A stretch of DNA of 64,000 nucleotides from Felis catus (GCF_018350175.1 NC_058368.1:140494001-140558000); one strand, 5' to 3'. Positions 25,631-39,263 are shown, counted from the stretch's first letter. A program made the numbers and translations. Notes: a model not told the origin generated them from the letters alone.

Positions 25631-25835
25631 GGGGCAGTACCTGGGTGGCTCAATTCGTTGAGCATTGACTTCAGCCCAGGGTCATGATCTTGTGGTTCAT
25701 GAGTTCATGCCCCATGAGGGGCTCTGTGTTAACAGTTCAGAGCCTGGAGCCTGCTTCACATTCTGTGTTTGCCTCTCTCTCTGCCCCTCCCCTACTCTTA
25801 TTCTGTCTCTGTTTCTCTCTCAAGAATAAAAAATG
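25631..25835 (+). mobile_element. CAN-SINE (SINEC)
   Basis: cctgggtggctcaattcgttgagc...ggagcctgcttcacattctg, then CT tract. Confidence 0.93.
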
Positions 25836-25854
25836 TGTATTTTAAATACCTATT

Positions 25855-25901
<47 letters not shown>

Positions 25902-25933
25902 TAGAGTGAGTGAATGAGTGAGTGAGTGAGTGA
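25855..25933. repeat. Compound microsatellite (ATAG)n(AG)n(GAGT)n
   Basis: Directly visible. Confidence 0.95.
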
Positions 25934-25938
25934 GCAGA

Positions 25939-26141
25939 GGAGTGCCAGGGCGGCTCAGTCAGTTAAGCATCTGACTCTCAATTTTGGCTCAGATCATGAC
26001 CTCATAGTTGGTGAGTTTGAGCCCCATGTCGGGCTCTCCACTGACAGCACAGAGCCTGCTTGGGATTCTCTCTCCCCCTCTCCCTCCTCCCCTCCTTGCT
26101 ATCACTCAAAAATAAATAAAATAACTTAAAAAAATAATAAA
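25939..26141 (+). mobile_element. CAN-SINE (SINEC)
   Basis: ggagtgccagggcggctcagtcagttaagc...gagcctgcttgggattctctc, then A tail. Confidence 0.93.
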
Positions 26142-27659
26142 GTGAAATAGAGCAGAAGGTAGCCTTGGAAGACGTCAAATGACTGTTTGACATCTGTGAA
26201 TTAGATCTTAGAACATTTACGGATGAGTTTCTTTTGCAGATTATCTGGAGGTGGTCACTTTTGGTTGTCCGGTTGCTTTCTCAAGAAGAGTTGCCATCTT
26301 ACCTTGAAATTTGATTGGTAGTCCCAGAAAACGTCGTATTTTAAGAATTGGTGAAGATTCTTCCATTTGTAAATGCTTGTTTTTAAAAAACACACACACA
26401 TGGAAGGCAAGATAGTGATCCCCTTCTCTGTAAATGTGGTATTCCTAAGCAGTTGATAATAGAGTGAACTGTTGGTAAGTAAGACAGCTAGTGAAGAAAA
26501 TGGTAGCCAGATGGCATGTAATGGCGGTCAGTAATAATTTTGTTGATCTTCCTAATCTCCCAAGGAAGATAAAATAAGTTTTTTTTCTCCCTGATGCAAG
26601 TTAATGCTTAAAGGATAAAGGAAATCATTAGGGATTTAATACACCCTTATTCCAGAATTTTTTTTTTACTTTATTTATCACTGGATGCCTACACAAATAT
26701 GATTCATCCATGTGAAATAATTTCAGGGAGATGAGTACACACTTACTACTTTTGAACCTGCTTACTGTTATCCCAAATTTTGTTCCTCTTAACTGACGTC
26801 AACTCTTCATAAGTAGAAGATACATATACATGCAAATGCAAATAACAGTAATATGTCTACTGGGTTTTTCATTTCAACCTGTTATATTTGTGCGATTTTA
26901 AATATTAGGCATATAGAAAAGAAAACTTAAAGCAGAGGTTGTTCTCCTCCACCCCCACTGGGGGAGTTGGGAATTAGAGATTTGGATGGCAACAGATATA
27001 AGTTAGATCTATCACCTACTGAATTGTGTGATCACTGAATTGCTTCCTAAACTGGAACATGAGCTGTTGTAAGGGTTAAATGAAAACCTGCCTACAGCAT
27101 CTAGTTTGTCGTAGGACCTCACTGAAATGGCAGTGTGCATAAGTGGAAAAAGGGATATAAATAGGGAGAGTTTGGGATTTCAACTTTGACATACATTATT
27201 CACCTATGGTGGTTCTGCCTGATAACCTCTGTCCAGTTACTATTAAGTATCATCTGCCCAGAGTCTCCTTGAGTTTATGAGCTGTCTGCCAGAAACTATT
27301 GGTGGAATCAGTGGAACCACAGAAAATAAATAATTCACTTAGAATATTTTCACTTGATTCTCACTTTTTAAGGGAATAATAATAAAAGTTCTCTGAGGGA
27401 GCTTTAACATTTTATGTTTGAATTTAGTTCCTCAAAAATGCCATTTTGGGGGGAAACGTGGCATTTGGGTCTAGTGTTAATTTTAGAAAATTAAAATGAT
27501 TGAGTTTCAAGTTTTTGGTTTACACATGTTTAAAACTTACAAGCCAGGAAATTTCCTGTCAGAAACTTAGCGTTGTAAAACTAAGATCTACTCACACACC
27601 AGAAGACATAGGACCATGAGTTTACCATCCCGAGAAATGCACTTTTACTATATTTTAAA

Positions 27660-28299
27660 TTAATACTCATTAAATTTTACTTTTTTGGTATAGCATTCTA
27701 CACGTTTTAACGATGGCATATATTTGTGTAACCACCACCACAATAAGGATACAGAACAGTTTTATCACCCCAAGTATCTCCTTTGTAATCATACCTTCTC
27801 CCTCCTCCTAAACCTTGGCAAGCACTGATCTATAGTTTTGGTTTTTTTCCAGGATATCATATGAATGTAAGCATAAAGTAGTAAGTAACCTTCGGGTACT
27901 GGCTTCTTTCACTCACTGCACCACATTTGAGATTCATCCATGTTGTTGTGTCTAACAATGTTTTATTCCTTTGTATGTCCATGAGTAGTACTCCATCATA
28001 GGAAGGCACCACAGTCTGTTTGGAGGGCACTGGGGAGGTTTTGGGTTGTCGGTAATGATGGTAGAGCTGCTATAAGTTCATGTACAGAGTTTTGTGTTAA
28101 TGTTGGGTTTATCTAGAAGTGAGATTGCTGGGTCATATGGAAAGTGCATAGTTAACTTAATAAGAAATTGCCCAATAATTTTCCGGGAAGGGCTGTGCCA
28201 TTTTGCATTCCTGCCCGCAACGAAAATTCTAGTTGTTCTCCATCTTCCTCGGTACCAGATACTGTCAGTTCTTCGTGATTGGTCTTCTTTCTTTCTTTT

Positions 28300-28379
<80 letters not shown>

Positions 28380-29330
28380 TGCTATTCTAATAGGTGTGTT
28401 GTAATATATTGGTATAGTTTATTATTTTACATTTTCCTAATTGGCCATTTCTGTCATAGGGTTATTTGGTAAAATTCTCTACTCGAATCTTAAGCCCATT
28501 TTTAAAGTAGACTTCTTCTTGTTGAAGTATGGGACTTCTTTATGTTTTCTTATCCGTTCTTTGTTGGACATATGATTAGCCTTTTTTTTCTTTGCACTCT
28601 CTTTCACAGGGTCTTTAATTGAGCAAATGTCCTTAATTTTGATGGAGTCCGGTTTATGATTTTTTTTCTTTCATGGTTTATGCTTTTGGTGTCGTGTCTC
28701 AAAACTCTTAGACCAAACCAAGGTCGCAAAGATTTTCTTCATGGTTTTTTTCCTAATAGTTTTATAGTTTTGTGTTTTGCATTTAGGTCTGTGGTACATT
28801 TTGAGTTAATCTTAGTATAATTTTAGTGTAATTTTAGTATAAGATGCAGAGTGTAAGTTGAGTTTCATTTTTTGAGTATGGATTTTCAATTGTAACAGCA
28901 CCGTTTGTTGAAAAGTCTACCCTTTTCCTGTTGAATTGCTTTTTTACTTTCATTAAAAATCAGGTGATCATATTTGTGTGCTTTTTATTTGTGGACTGTA
29001 TTCAGTGCCTTGATGTAGGTTTCTGTCCTTTTGCAAATACTCCAGTAAGTCTTAAAAGTTAGTAGCATGAGTCTCCTGGCTTCTTTTGCCCAAAAGTGGT
29101 GGAGCACTTTAAATCCCTTGGCCATATAAAGTTTATTATTGGCTTGTCTATACTTCCAAAGAAATTCTGATGGTATTTTTATAGGAATTGTGCTAAATCT
29201 GTAGATCAGTCTGGTAGATCAGTCTGAGAATTGACATCTTAACTCAATTAAGTCTTCTGTTTCATGAACATTATAGGTCTCTCCATTTGTCTAATCTTTC
29301 AGTTCTTTCATCAGTTTTTTGTAGTTCTTT
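27660..29330 (-). mobile_element. Old L1 (L1MB/L1ME-like) fossil
   Basis: T-rich antisense L1 text: gtaaccaccaccacaat, ggcttctttcactc...gagattcatccatgttgttg, gattgctgggtcatatgg, cagcaccgtttgttgaaaag, aattgacatctt. Confidence 0.88.
28284..28380. repeat. (CTTT)n tetranucleotide microsatellite
   Basis: Directly visible inside the L1. Confidence 0.98.
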
Positions 29331-29331
29331 C

Positions 29332-29533
29332 TTTTTTTTAATGTTTGTTTGCTTTTGAGAGAGAGAGACAGAGTGCAAGAGAGAGAGGGAGACACAGAAT
29401 CCAAAACAGGCTCCAGGCTCTAGGCTCTGAGCTGTCAGCACAGAGCCCGATGCGGGGCTTGAACCCTTGAGCTGTGAGATCATGACCTGAACCGATGTTG
29501 GACGCTTAACCAACTAAGCCACCCAGGTGCCCC
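29332..29533 (-). mobile_element. CAN-SINE (SINEC)
   Basis: Reverse SINE ending gccacccaggtgcccc; TSD tagttcttt. Confidence 0.96.
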
Positions 29534-30199
29534 TTAGTTCTTTATTTTTAAAGTGGAAATGGGTTTTGGATTTGGAATTGGATTTTTTCACCTTTTTTCT
29601 AACAAAAAAAAATTTTTTTTAATCTGATGCATTTTCTTTTACTGGAGTAGGAATACAGGAAACTTGATCATTCTAGATTGTTACCTCATTTAGTGCTGGA
29701 CCCAGGCCCTTAATGATAGAAAATCGCCCCTTGATAGGGCAGTGACCATATATATACCAATTTTATTTTTCATACCAGCTTGTTATAAATTACAATGGAG
29801 TAGAGACCGTCCTGACATCACTATTTCCTATTTCTGTTCTCTTTAAGTTACAGTTTCTGTCTTGGGGAAAAAGCAGGCAAAATCTAATTTGTAATGGACA
29901 GAACTAGTTGTCCACTTAAACAATAGAAAACTGAGTCATAAATTCTGTCTTCATAAAACTCCTCCATACTTTTGGAAAATGAGTCATTTTTAGGCAGCGT
30001 CTGCCGTAGATAGTTGCCAGAAAGTGATCTAACTTGGATAAGCTTGATGCTTTGTGTAAGTTTCTGGGCCCCTGTAGAGAAAGCATTAGGAACTAGAGAG
30101 ATCCTTGTACGCATATCTGTGTGCCAGGCTTACCAGTACATCAACACAAGTCATTGTAGTATTTGGAATGTTCAAGTTCATTTTTTTCCTCCAACATTA

Positions 30200-30372
30200 C
30201 CTTGTTTCAGAATCACCTGGAGAGTGTGTTTAAAAAACAAAAACAAAAACGCTGTTGTGTCCCACTACCACAGTTTGTGACTCAGAAGGTCTGGGATGGT
30301 CCCTAAAATTTATATTTCTCACAATTTCCAGGAATTGTGAAGGCTGCTAGTTTGGGGACCACTTTGAGATTC
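30200..30372. mobile_element. MER5A-like hAT-Charlie DNA transposon fossil
   Basis: cagaatcacctggagag...gactcagaaggtctgggatggtccc...gctgctagtttggggaccactttgaga. Confidence 0.85.
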
Positions 30373-33300
30373 ATTCCTTCAGTTTATCTGTTTGAGTCAC
30401 TATAAAGAACTGATATTTAAAAAAAAAAATAGAGCTAACTGAATGTCCCCAAGATCTGGTTTATGATAAAGTCTTGCTCATAAGTGACATTCTCCAGCAT
30501 TTGGGTTATTGAAAGGGAACAGGAACTCCTCCACGCTAGAGCCCAGTCTATTGGAAATGTTGGGGGGGAGGAAAGAAAGCTGTGTCATGTTGCTTTCTGC
30601 CTCTCCTTTTGTCAAAACAGGATGGGATAGATGCCTAGAAATGTAACAGCTTATTATCTGAAGACTGGGTCTCAGGTGCTCTTGCCTATGGGAGGTGTAA
30701 GATGTTTGAACGTATTTCTTTGATTTAGTCACAGAATTTCATGCTAAATTTTGTAGGTTGAAAGCAGACTTAACTTGGATGCAGGGAGAAGAATTTAGCA
30801 GTATGCAAAAGGAATTTGCAAGATGACTAGGTGATTCATTCTAGCATGCTTACCTTGACTTAAAGGTTGACTTCTGTGTGTCATAGATAGTATGATAGAG
30901 TGGAAAGATAAATCATTAACCAAGAAAATAGGTGTTCTTGTATGCCTTAGACACTCAGTGCAATCACCTTGAATGAGTCATTGAATTTACTTGAGTCTTG
31001 ATTTGGTCAGGAAACAGGAGTCTTTGGAATAGATGTTCTTTTAAGTCGCTCTCTGGCCTTGAGATTTTGTTTCTCTTTACTTCCAACTAAGCGATGCCTT
31101 GTTTTATTCCCTCACCACCATCCATCCCTATTATAAAGTGAATACCTTCCTAAGAACTGTATTAACACCCTGATATCAAAAGCAGAGGAAATGTAATTAG
31201 TGAACTCAAAAATGTCCTTTCACTGTTAATATTCAAAGGAAGAGCTATTTGAACCATGCTCTATGTTCTGTTCATTAGAGATCTTGCCTCATCAAATTCG
31301 TGCTACCTAAATTGAAATAGAGAATTTTCACATCTTTCTAAAATACACATGCTCAGTTTTGCCTGTAGATGTCAATTAGACAAGGCTCAGCCGAATAAGA
31401 GATGAAGGTAAAGCTTGTGGCAAGTATAGTAAGTGGAGGAGTTTCTAATACTTTCTGTCCTATTACTTCTGTAATAATAGCTCAGCCTTCATCTAGCCCT
31501 GAATAAAATGGTAGAGTCCATTCTGTAACCTACTCTTACAAAGTGCATTGAAGAGAAAAATTTTCATCTAGTAAGTAGTGAAGAACTCTTAATGAATGAT
31601 CACATTTGTTTTCATTGGCTTAAATTGAGATGATTAGGAGACAACTGTGGGGCAAAGAATTGGGATTTTAGAGACTAGTTTTATTTATCCCGATTGAGTG
31701 GTTACACATCCACTGGGCCTCAGACACACTGTGGACTTTACTTACCTGCCTTTTGGTACATAGCATTAGATAGCTCTCAAGTGCGCTTTGGCCAATGATC
31801 TTTTACATATAGATTTAAGAAATCTGAAACTCAAGTAAAACCTGCATACAACCTGATCTCTTTAGGAATCTGTAAATCTGGGACAGCTGCTCTGAGATGG
31901 ATAAAAGCCATGGGGGGTCATTCACTATAGGAAGGGGTTCCCCTGAAATGCATTGGATAGTCTGCTTTCAAGCTTACCTTGGAGTTCAGCAGAATTAATC
32001 CTGGTCTTGATCATGTAGGGAATCAAATGGCATGTGGAATGGAGTGAAACAAAGTCCTTGATCCAAAAGTCTCTCTCCCAACCTATACCTGACTTCTGTG
32101 TGCATGATTTTATTATCTACGCTGTGTATCCTAAACGTTGGACTTTTCAAAACTCATGAAGACTGGGCTGATGGGTGTAGCACGATAAAGCCCTTTGACA
32201 ATCCATTAATAACAAACCTAGAGACCCTGCCAGGGTTTCCGTTACTCCCGCTCTTCAAAGGCGCCCTGTGTTTGAGAATCAGCTAACACTGATTCAATGA
32301 CGCACAAACTAAAACTCGAGGATTATGGAAAAACAGAACTGAAGGCAGTGTTGACCATTCAAGTCATGTGTCTGAGCATAATGTAGGCCACAATTTCTCA
32401 CTTTGCTTTGAAGATGGAACCACAAGGAATTTCATTGTTAAGGATCGGGGAACATAGGGTTGAACAAGCCAGAGGAAGAAATGATATCACGGCCCAGTTG
32501 AATCAACTGAGAAATATTTTTATATTAAAGAAATTCTTCAGCCTTATAACCTCGGCGTTCACATTCTTGTGTGTAGTGAGTGGAAGATCCTTTTGAAAAG
32601 GAAGTTAACATTAATGGCTTTGTTGAAGCTTTAGGGAAAATGTGGTAATGGAAGACCCGCTATTGGTGATCTGAAATATGTTTTTCTTTCCTACTAATCT
32701 TCTATACATTTATGGTAACATCAGGATGCTGACACTCTACAATTGCTCTGTGCCCTTAACCCAAACGCATGCCTTGTGCCAACGTATTCAGTGAGGGAGC
32801 TCTCTTTTCCTCTGTCTTATTATCGTTGAGGAAACCCACGCCTGTACATTATGTATGAGTCTGGTGTGTTATTTAAGTACACTCCCAGGAGACTACCATT
32901 AAGTCTGGACGTGGGGGAGAGCTGCGTCTTGGCATTCTCAAACATAAGAAAGATGTTACCTGATACTTGAAGAATCTTGGCTACAGTTGAGTAGCCATCT
33001 CTGGATTAGTTTACTGTTGTTCTAGAATACTGCTTTTTGTTTTAACCGATTGTGCCATTGTTCGCTGATGGAAATTATTTCATGCTGGCAGCAGTTGTTA
33101 GGCACTTCTAGGATTTCTGATAAATGACGTTCCCCGTGTCCTTCTCCATGTCAGCGAAATTAGAAGTCCGGTCTTGGACCATCATACTTAAAGTTAATTT
33201 GGGACTGAAAATCTGGAGCCATGCAAACTTACAAATAAAAATACTACTTAATAGCAGATGGTACATTTAGTTGATTTAGTGGTTGAATCTTCAATAATTT

Positions 33301-33423
33301 TTTTTTTAAGTTTGTGCAGGGAACCATTTTAAGATAGTCTGGGGAAAGAGAGAGGCAGGGAGGAAAAGAGTATGAGGTAGGCTAGGTGGGGAAATGACAG
33401 CGATAGAGGCTCAGGGGTTAGAG

Positions 33424-33893
33424 CAGTGGTTCTTAGACTTCGTGTTTGCCAGTAGCTCTTCTAGCCGGCTGGCCCTTCCCTCAGAATTGTTTTAAATGCA
33501 TAAAATAAGGCAAAAAGGACTAGAGAGGAAGCCAATTACATTGAAAAACAGTAACCAAAATATTGAAGAAAACAAATTTGTTGGGGTAGTATGTGCATCT
33601 TTATTAGCGTACAAAATGTGCTCTAGTGGTACATCTAATCACTGTTAAAATGTATAATAGTGATGAGCTTACACACTACTTTGAAATCAGCAGCTGTAGA
33701 GGGATACGGAAGTTTATTTCTGTTGCTGACAAAGTCAGGTACTGCCAGTGCCTGTGGTGGTTGGTTGCTCATATCCATCATTACAGGAAAATGCTAAATT
33801 ATAGGGAGAGATTAATGAAAAATAAAATGTAATGATTTCCCTGTCGGTGTCCCCAGACCAGGAGCCTGTGGGTCTCAGATTAAGATCCCCCTG
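33424..33893. mobile_element. hAT-Charlie-like DNA transposon fossil, apparently nested in a MIR
   Basis: TIR-like ends cagtggttctta ... ttaagatcccctg-like; MIR-like text resumes afterwards (ggctgtttgaccttggccaagtc). Confidence 0.55.
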
Positions 33894-34137
33894 CTGACAA
33901 GAATTTGGCTTGAATATTAATTTGACCATTACTGGCTGTTTGACCTTGGCCAAGTCAACTTACCTACATGCAGTCTTTTTCCTTCTCTGATACCTACGTT
34001 GTGAAGTTGTTAGAAAGCTTATGAACAGCGTGCATCGCCTAACCCCTTGGGTTGAGATAATAACTGGAGGCATGTTAGTTGTTGGTTCCTCTAACTGGCT
34101 TTCTTTTGGTAGTTAAATAATGAAATAACACTCCTGC

Positions 34138-34700
34138 TGACAATTCGGGGCTACTACTAAGGGGAGAAACCCAAACCAGATCATACTGAGAGAAGAAACC
34201 TCCTTTTACCTTTAGATTCTCTTAATGGTGGTTGACCCTTAAGGGGCATAAAGGGTGAGGTTATGGTATAATGTGAAGGAGAGGAAGCCTTACACAATTT
34301 GGGGGAAGGAATGTATTAGGAAATTCCCTCCTGGCCTTGTGATCCAAAGTCTTTACTTGCAAAGAAATAGCTTTTTGCTCATTTTAAGGGTTTCAGCAGG
34401 AACTAGGAGTGACATTACCACCTAGCCCATCTGGGCATGCGTTTTTCCATTTGTCCAGTAGGTTCCCTGATGTTTGATTGGCTGCAGCATATGAACATGT
34501 CTTGGGTGCTTCCAGAAGGGGCAGACTCCTACCTTCTTAGATCACACACCCTCTACCTGCAGAGCCCCCAAAAGTCTGGTTACGCTATTAGATTCTGGTT
34601 TAGTATGTGAGACGGGTCTGGTTTTATTACTTAAGGGGAAGCTCAGAAGGGTGGAGACCCTGGTTTTGTATGAATAGTTTCTTAAGCAAACATACCTCTG
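34138..34700. mobile_element. Possible ERV LTR-like fragment (family not identified)
   Basis: LTR-like composition with tgattggctg CCAAT box and ttttattacttaaggggaagctcagaagggtggagaccc; weak pattern recognition only. Confidence 0.3.
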
Positions 34701-36746
34701 AGGCACGAGGATGTGTTCTTTCTCTGACCGGCTACACGAGTAGGTCTGTGCACGGTGCCGGGCAATCCTTTTTTCTCTGATGACTTTTAAAGGCAGGATA
34801 CTGTAGTGTTTGATCCGTCCCTTCCGCGGGGGTGTGCGCTCTGTGAGGCAGTGGAGTTTCAGAGTTTCCTTGTCCCTTGGGTAATACTAACACCCCATTT
34901 AATGTCTCCTTTTCATCAAAACCAGATTTGTCGTCTCACTTATTTCCCAGTGTCTGGCCGAGATAGTGATCTTTATGAAAACAAACTGGCAGTAACCCAA
35001 GCCAGATAAGATGGGAGAGCTGCGCCTCGGCAGAAGGAAGCTGTTAGGGGAACAGATGGAGACAGTATCTAAACAGCTCCGAGAAGGTGTATGCTTGTGT
35101 GTCTCAGAGGCACTTCCTGTCTTCCAACGGCTGTTTGAGTCCGGAGAGCACTGCTGGGGGCCTGACGGCCTTCCCAGGCCCTGCCAGGGACCCTCTATCG
35201 GCCTAGCACTTTGGACAACGCTTGATGCCCGCGGCAGACTTCGCCTAGACAGACATCGTTGGACATTGCTGAATGCAGGAGTGGGGTACAAAGAGCAAAT
35301 AGAGCAAATCGATACATGGTATATGATTAGTAAAACAAGGTGTTGCAATTGGTGGAGAATTACCAAACACGCTGTGTAGAGATTACTAATTTTCAACATA
35401 CCATAACTTATTAAATCATCAAAGGTGAAGACCGTAATTGTCCTATTAATCTCAAGGTAAAAATAGGACTTGAAGAGGTTCTAGTGCTTTGCCCATCACT
35501 GTGATGATTTATTGTTACTAAACGATTTCCTGACTGCATATGGCTGGTAAGCACTGAGGACAAGGAAGGAAAGAAACCTTTTATCTGTATTTACCAGAGC
35601 TTATGTCTTGGCTCTTTGCAAGTTTTTGCTCTTCTGTTAATCTAAATTCAACGTACCTCAGTTCGTGCCTTAGCCTGTGTTAACTTGCTAACTTACCTCC
35701 TTGTGTCATCATTTTCTTTCTTCTGATCCAACACGTCCAATTAGAAGGAAGATTTTATACTTCCCCTTGTTACTTTTATGATTGTCATCCTCTTGTTTAA
35801 GAATCTTCCTTTGTACCCCTATCAAGCCTCAACTTCTCTGGCCATCAGGCTCTCGGGTCATGCCTTTTTACCTTATTCTCTGATCCCCAGCACGGATCCT
35901 TGGCTTCGTGAGGGTGGGTTGGTCATGGTCAGCTACTGCTTGTTCCTTTTTATTCTTTCTCTCAGGGGGTTTTCTCTCTGCCACATTCCATACATTGTCC
36001 CGGACTCCACTCTGGTTTGTTCTGGCGTCCTGGAGCCATTGAATCTTGGCCCGCACTGCCTCCCCAGCGTCCTTGCACCCCCTCTCCCATGGTCTCCCCC
36101 CCACATTTTGATTATTTTGTCGATTTGGCTGTATATTGGCCTTTTGTTATTTCACATAAGTTGGTTGACTTGTTTCCCCAGCAAGTCAAAGGTGCTCAGT
36201 AGAGTGGACTCTGGTCTACTGATTTTACATGCAACAGTTGCTAGCAAATCATCAGGACACAGTAAGTGTTCAATAAATACTTAGAGGGAGTTGGCAAAAA
36301 ATGCTACCAGTTAGATGTCTCGCAAGAGGATGTGGAGCCTTGATGTGGTCACCAGCATTAAGTTTTCCCCAGTATACTCAGAGTTGATGCAGGATCAGCT
36401 GAAGGAACTTCTTAAAACCAAGCTCAGGTTAGTGATTGCCAGTTTACTCACAGTGAGAAGTCTAAGTTCTGGGCAACTGGAGTATCTGTGGTAGCTGATC
36501 ACTGCTTGCTTTTCCTGGAGGCAAGGTTGCCAGAAGGTTGCCCTGGGGCCCTGGGTGGCCAGGAATATTGCTTTGAAGCCTCTCCAAAGCCCTAGCGTAT
36601 GCTCTCTAGACTCTCTGAATATAGTGCCAAATTCTTGCTCTGAAGTTTCCTATCTTCCTCATAGGTGGCTCGGCTTTTAGGAATTGAAGGGCTGATCTAT
36701 GCAGGTGGGAGTAAAACCCGGTCACTGGCATTCTAAAGGCTGGGTT

Positions 36747-36928
36747 GGGGGTACCTGGGTGGCTCAGTCAGTTAAGTATCTGATTCTCGATTTCATCCCA
36801 GTCACGATCTTCCTGTTCCTGGGATCGAGTCTTTCATTGGGCTGTGTGCTCACAGTGTGGAGTCTGCTTGGGATTCTCTCCCTCTCCTGCTCACACATGC
36901 TCTCTCTCTCTCTCTCAAAATAAATAAA
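36747..36928 (+). mobile_element. CAN-SINE (SINEC), diverged
   Basis: gggggtacctgggtggctcagtcagttaag...ctgcttgggattctctc...aaaataaataaa. Confidence 0.92.
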
Positions 36929-36939
36929 GTTTAGGGTTA

Positions 36940-37008
36940 ATGGATGGATGGATGGATGAATGAATGAATGAATGAGGGAAGGGAGGGAGGAAGGAAGGAA
37001 GGATGGAT
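36940..37008. repeat. Compound (TGGA)n(TGAA)n(GGAA)n microsatellite
   Basis: Directly visible. Confidence 0.92.
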
Positions 37009-37784
37009 TTGATTTGATTTGCTGGGGGAAGAAAGGGAAGGTGACTTAGGAAGAAAAGTACAGTTAAAAGCCTTTGGAACAAAATTGCCCAAGGTCACAC
37101 CAGGGATGTGATGGGATGAAGTTTGTGGATCAGATGAATGGCAACCGTGAACTAGCTGAGAGCATGTGTGACTCTGGGTACAAGGGAGAGACAGTCTAGA
37201 AGGGGCAGGTGGGAGTGCTGTGTAAAGCTGAGGGGAGGTGAGAAGTTGGAAGAGAAGTATGACTGGTATCTGGTTAGTTTGTTTTTCCTGAGGCTGATTG
37301 GGCCAGTGATACACATATGAATAAGGTATTTATGAATAAATGACCTTCCAACTCCTTTTCCTGAATATTTTTTTACATGGAAATTCAGAGTATATACAGA
37401 AAATGTGTATAGGCATAAAATGGTTATTTTAAAAGTATAGTTTAATATGAATCATAATGAGTATTTTTATACTGGTAGACGCTGCGGGGGATTAATTTCC
37501 GGAATACACTTATTCTTTTAACGCTGAGTATTTTTAGAAGCTTAGAGCTATATGTTTATGAGGACCTTCTTTGTCCCCTCGACAGCATCAAGGGGGTGTT
37601 TAGAAGTGGCGTGAGCTCAGGAAGGCTGGTTGAAATAAACACTACTCAGCGGGCCGATGAGGGTGTACCGTCTCTGAGCCACTGATGAGCCCCGAATGTG
37701 CACAAGAGGCTGAATGGTCGATTTTTGCAACAATCAGTAGTAGTGTTGTTTGCAAATGGGAGCAAAGGTTCACTTGGTCTGGAA

Positions 37785-38062
37785 CAAGGGTCAGCCCAGC
37801 TTTTCTGTAAAGGATCAGATATTTTTGAAAGCCACAGTGTCTCTCTGTTGGAGCTACTCACCTTGCCTTGTCGTGTGGACGCGGTATAGACAATACAGAA
37901 ACAAATGCATGTGGCAGAGTTCCAAAACTTTATTTATGGATACTCACATGTGATACTCCTATCAATTACGTGTCAAGAAATGCTATTTTTTTAAAAATTG
38001 TTTCAACCATTTGAGATACAAAAAATACCCTTGGCCTACAGGCTGTAATTTATCAGTTCCTG
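37785..38062. mobile_element. MER58-like hAT-Charlie fossil
   Basis: caagggtcagc...ttttctgtaaaggatcagata...ctactcaccttgccttgtcgtgtggacgcggtatagacaatac...ccaaaactttatttatgga. Confidence 0.82.
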
Positions 38063-39040
38063 ATTATAACATAGAAATCAGATGTTAGGGACGAAGCCAT
38101 ACCCCATGCGGGCTGCTATACGCTTGTCGTCGTGCAAAAGGGAACTTTACTCTTTAATTAGCAACTGATAGCGTTTACACTATACGTTTTCAAAACCCAT
38201 GATTTTCTTGGCTGATTTCTTCACACTGATTAACACTTTCCTGAGGTATTTGGTCTATAACCAAAGTACTGTCTTTGTCTCTGGATTCACAGGCTGTGTG
38301 TGGTTTAGTATTAGGTTTCTCCTGCTTCAAAACCAATTGTATGTGTACCCAAATGTGTGTGCATATGTACCCATACCCACATACACACGTATGTGCACAT
38401 AAGTGGGAGGGCTCTTGACCTTAGAAATTTCAAGCTCTTCTCATTTTGTTTTTTACCCAATACCCAGTGGTTCTTCATTTATTAACCATGTGGCGGTTTC
38501 TTTCCGGATGTACATCTTGGTTTTCTTTTGATAGAGTCCTGTTTCTTCCTCCTCTGGCTGGCAGGAAACTGCAAAAATAGTTCTTAACATTAAGAAAATG
38601 GAACTTCAGCTGTAAATCTTGTCTACTTTGAGAAGAATGAGAGTTTGAGGTCCACTGTTGATATCCAAGCCCCCCACACAGAATTCACTCAAATGGGCGC
38701 ATGTGGTAGAGAAAACTGAAAAATGGTAGACAGAGCTTTACAAAACAGCCCAAAGGTGTGGGTGTCCTCATGGTTAGAACTTTGGCTAATCCACAGTTAG
38801 TAGATTAAGACAGATGGATTTCATTTATGAGCATAGTGTTGTTGTTTAATGCATTTAATTATTCAAGAAATGCATAAATGTGTTTCTGACCTTTTAAGAT
38901 AATGAGGATGAATTTTTGTCTTGCTGAACCATTTTCTGTATGTACGTAAATGTTCACAAAGTATGTTTATTCATATAAACTGAATCATACCATAGGGATT
39001 ATAATGAAAATTGCCTTTTTAAAAACGTAATACATCTTAT

Positions 39041-39263
39041 GGGGCGCCTGGGTGGCGCAGTTGGTTAAGCGTCCGACTTCAGCCAGGTCACAATCTCGGG
39101 GTCCGTGAGTTCGAGTCCCGCGTCGGGCTCTGGGCTGATGGCTCAGAGCCTGGAGCCTGTTTCCGATTCTGTGTCTCCCTCTCTCTCTGCCCCTCCCCCA
39201 TTCATGCTCTGTCTCTTTCTGTCCCAAAAATAAATAAAAAACGTTGAAAAAAAAATTTAAAAT
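39041..39263 (+). mobile_element. Young feline SINEC_Fc-type SINE
   Basis: Full-length; 20-bp TSD aaaaacgtaatacatcttat at 39021-39040 and 39264-39283. Confidence 0.98.

Noticed and set aside
28094..28472. FLSF-repeat hydrophobic ORFs resembling membrane proteins
   Set aside because: Translation of (CTTT)n inside an antisense L1 fossil
28810..29227. Short tandem duplications (ttagtataatt-like x3; gtagatcagtctg x2)
   Set aside because: Ordinary slippage duplications inside an L1 fossil
35778..36284. Longest ORF in the track (168 aa, hydrophobic)
   Set aside because: Pyrimidine-rich sequence ending in an L2-like 3' end (cacagtaagtgttcaataaatac); no recognisable domain
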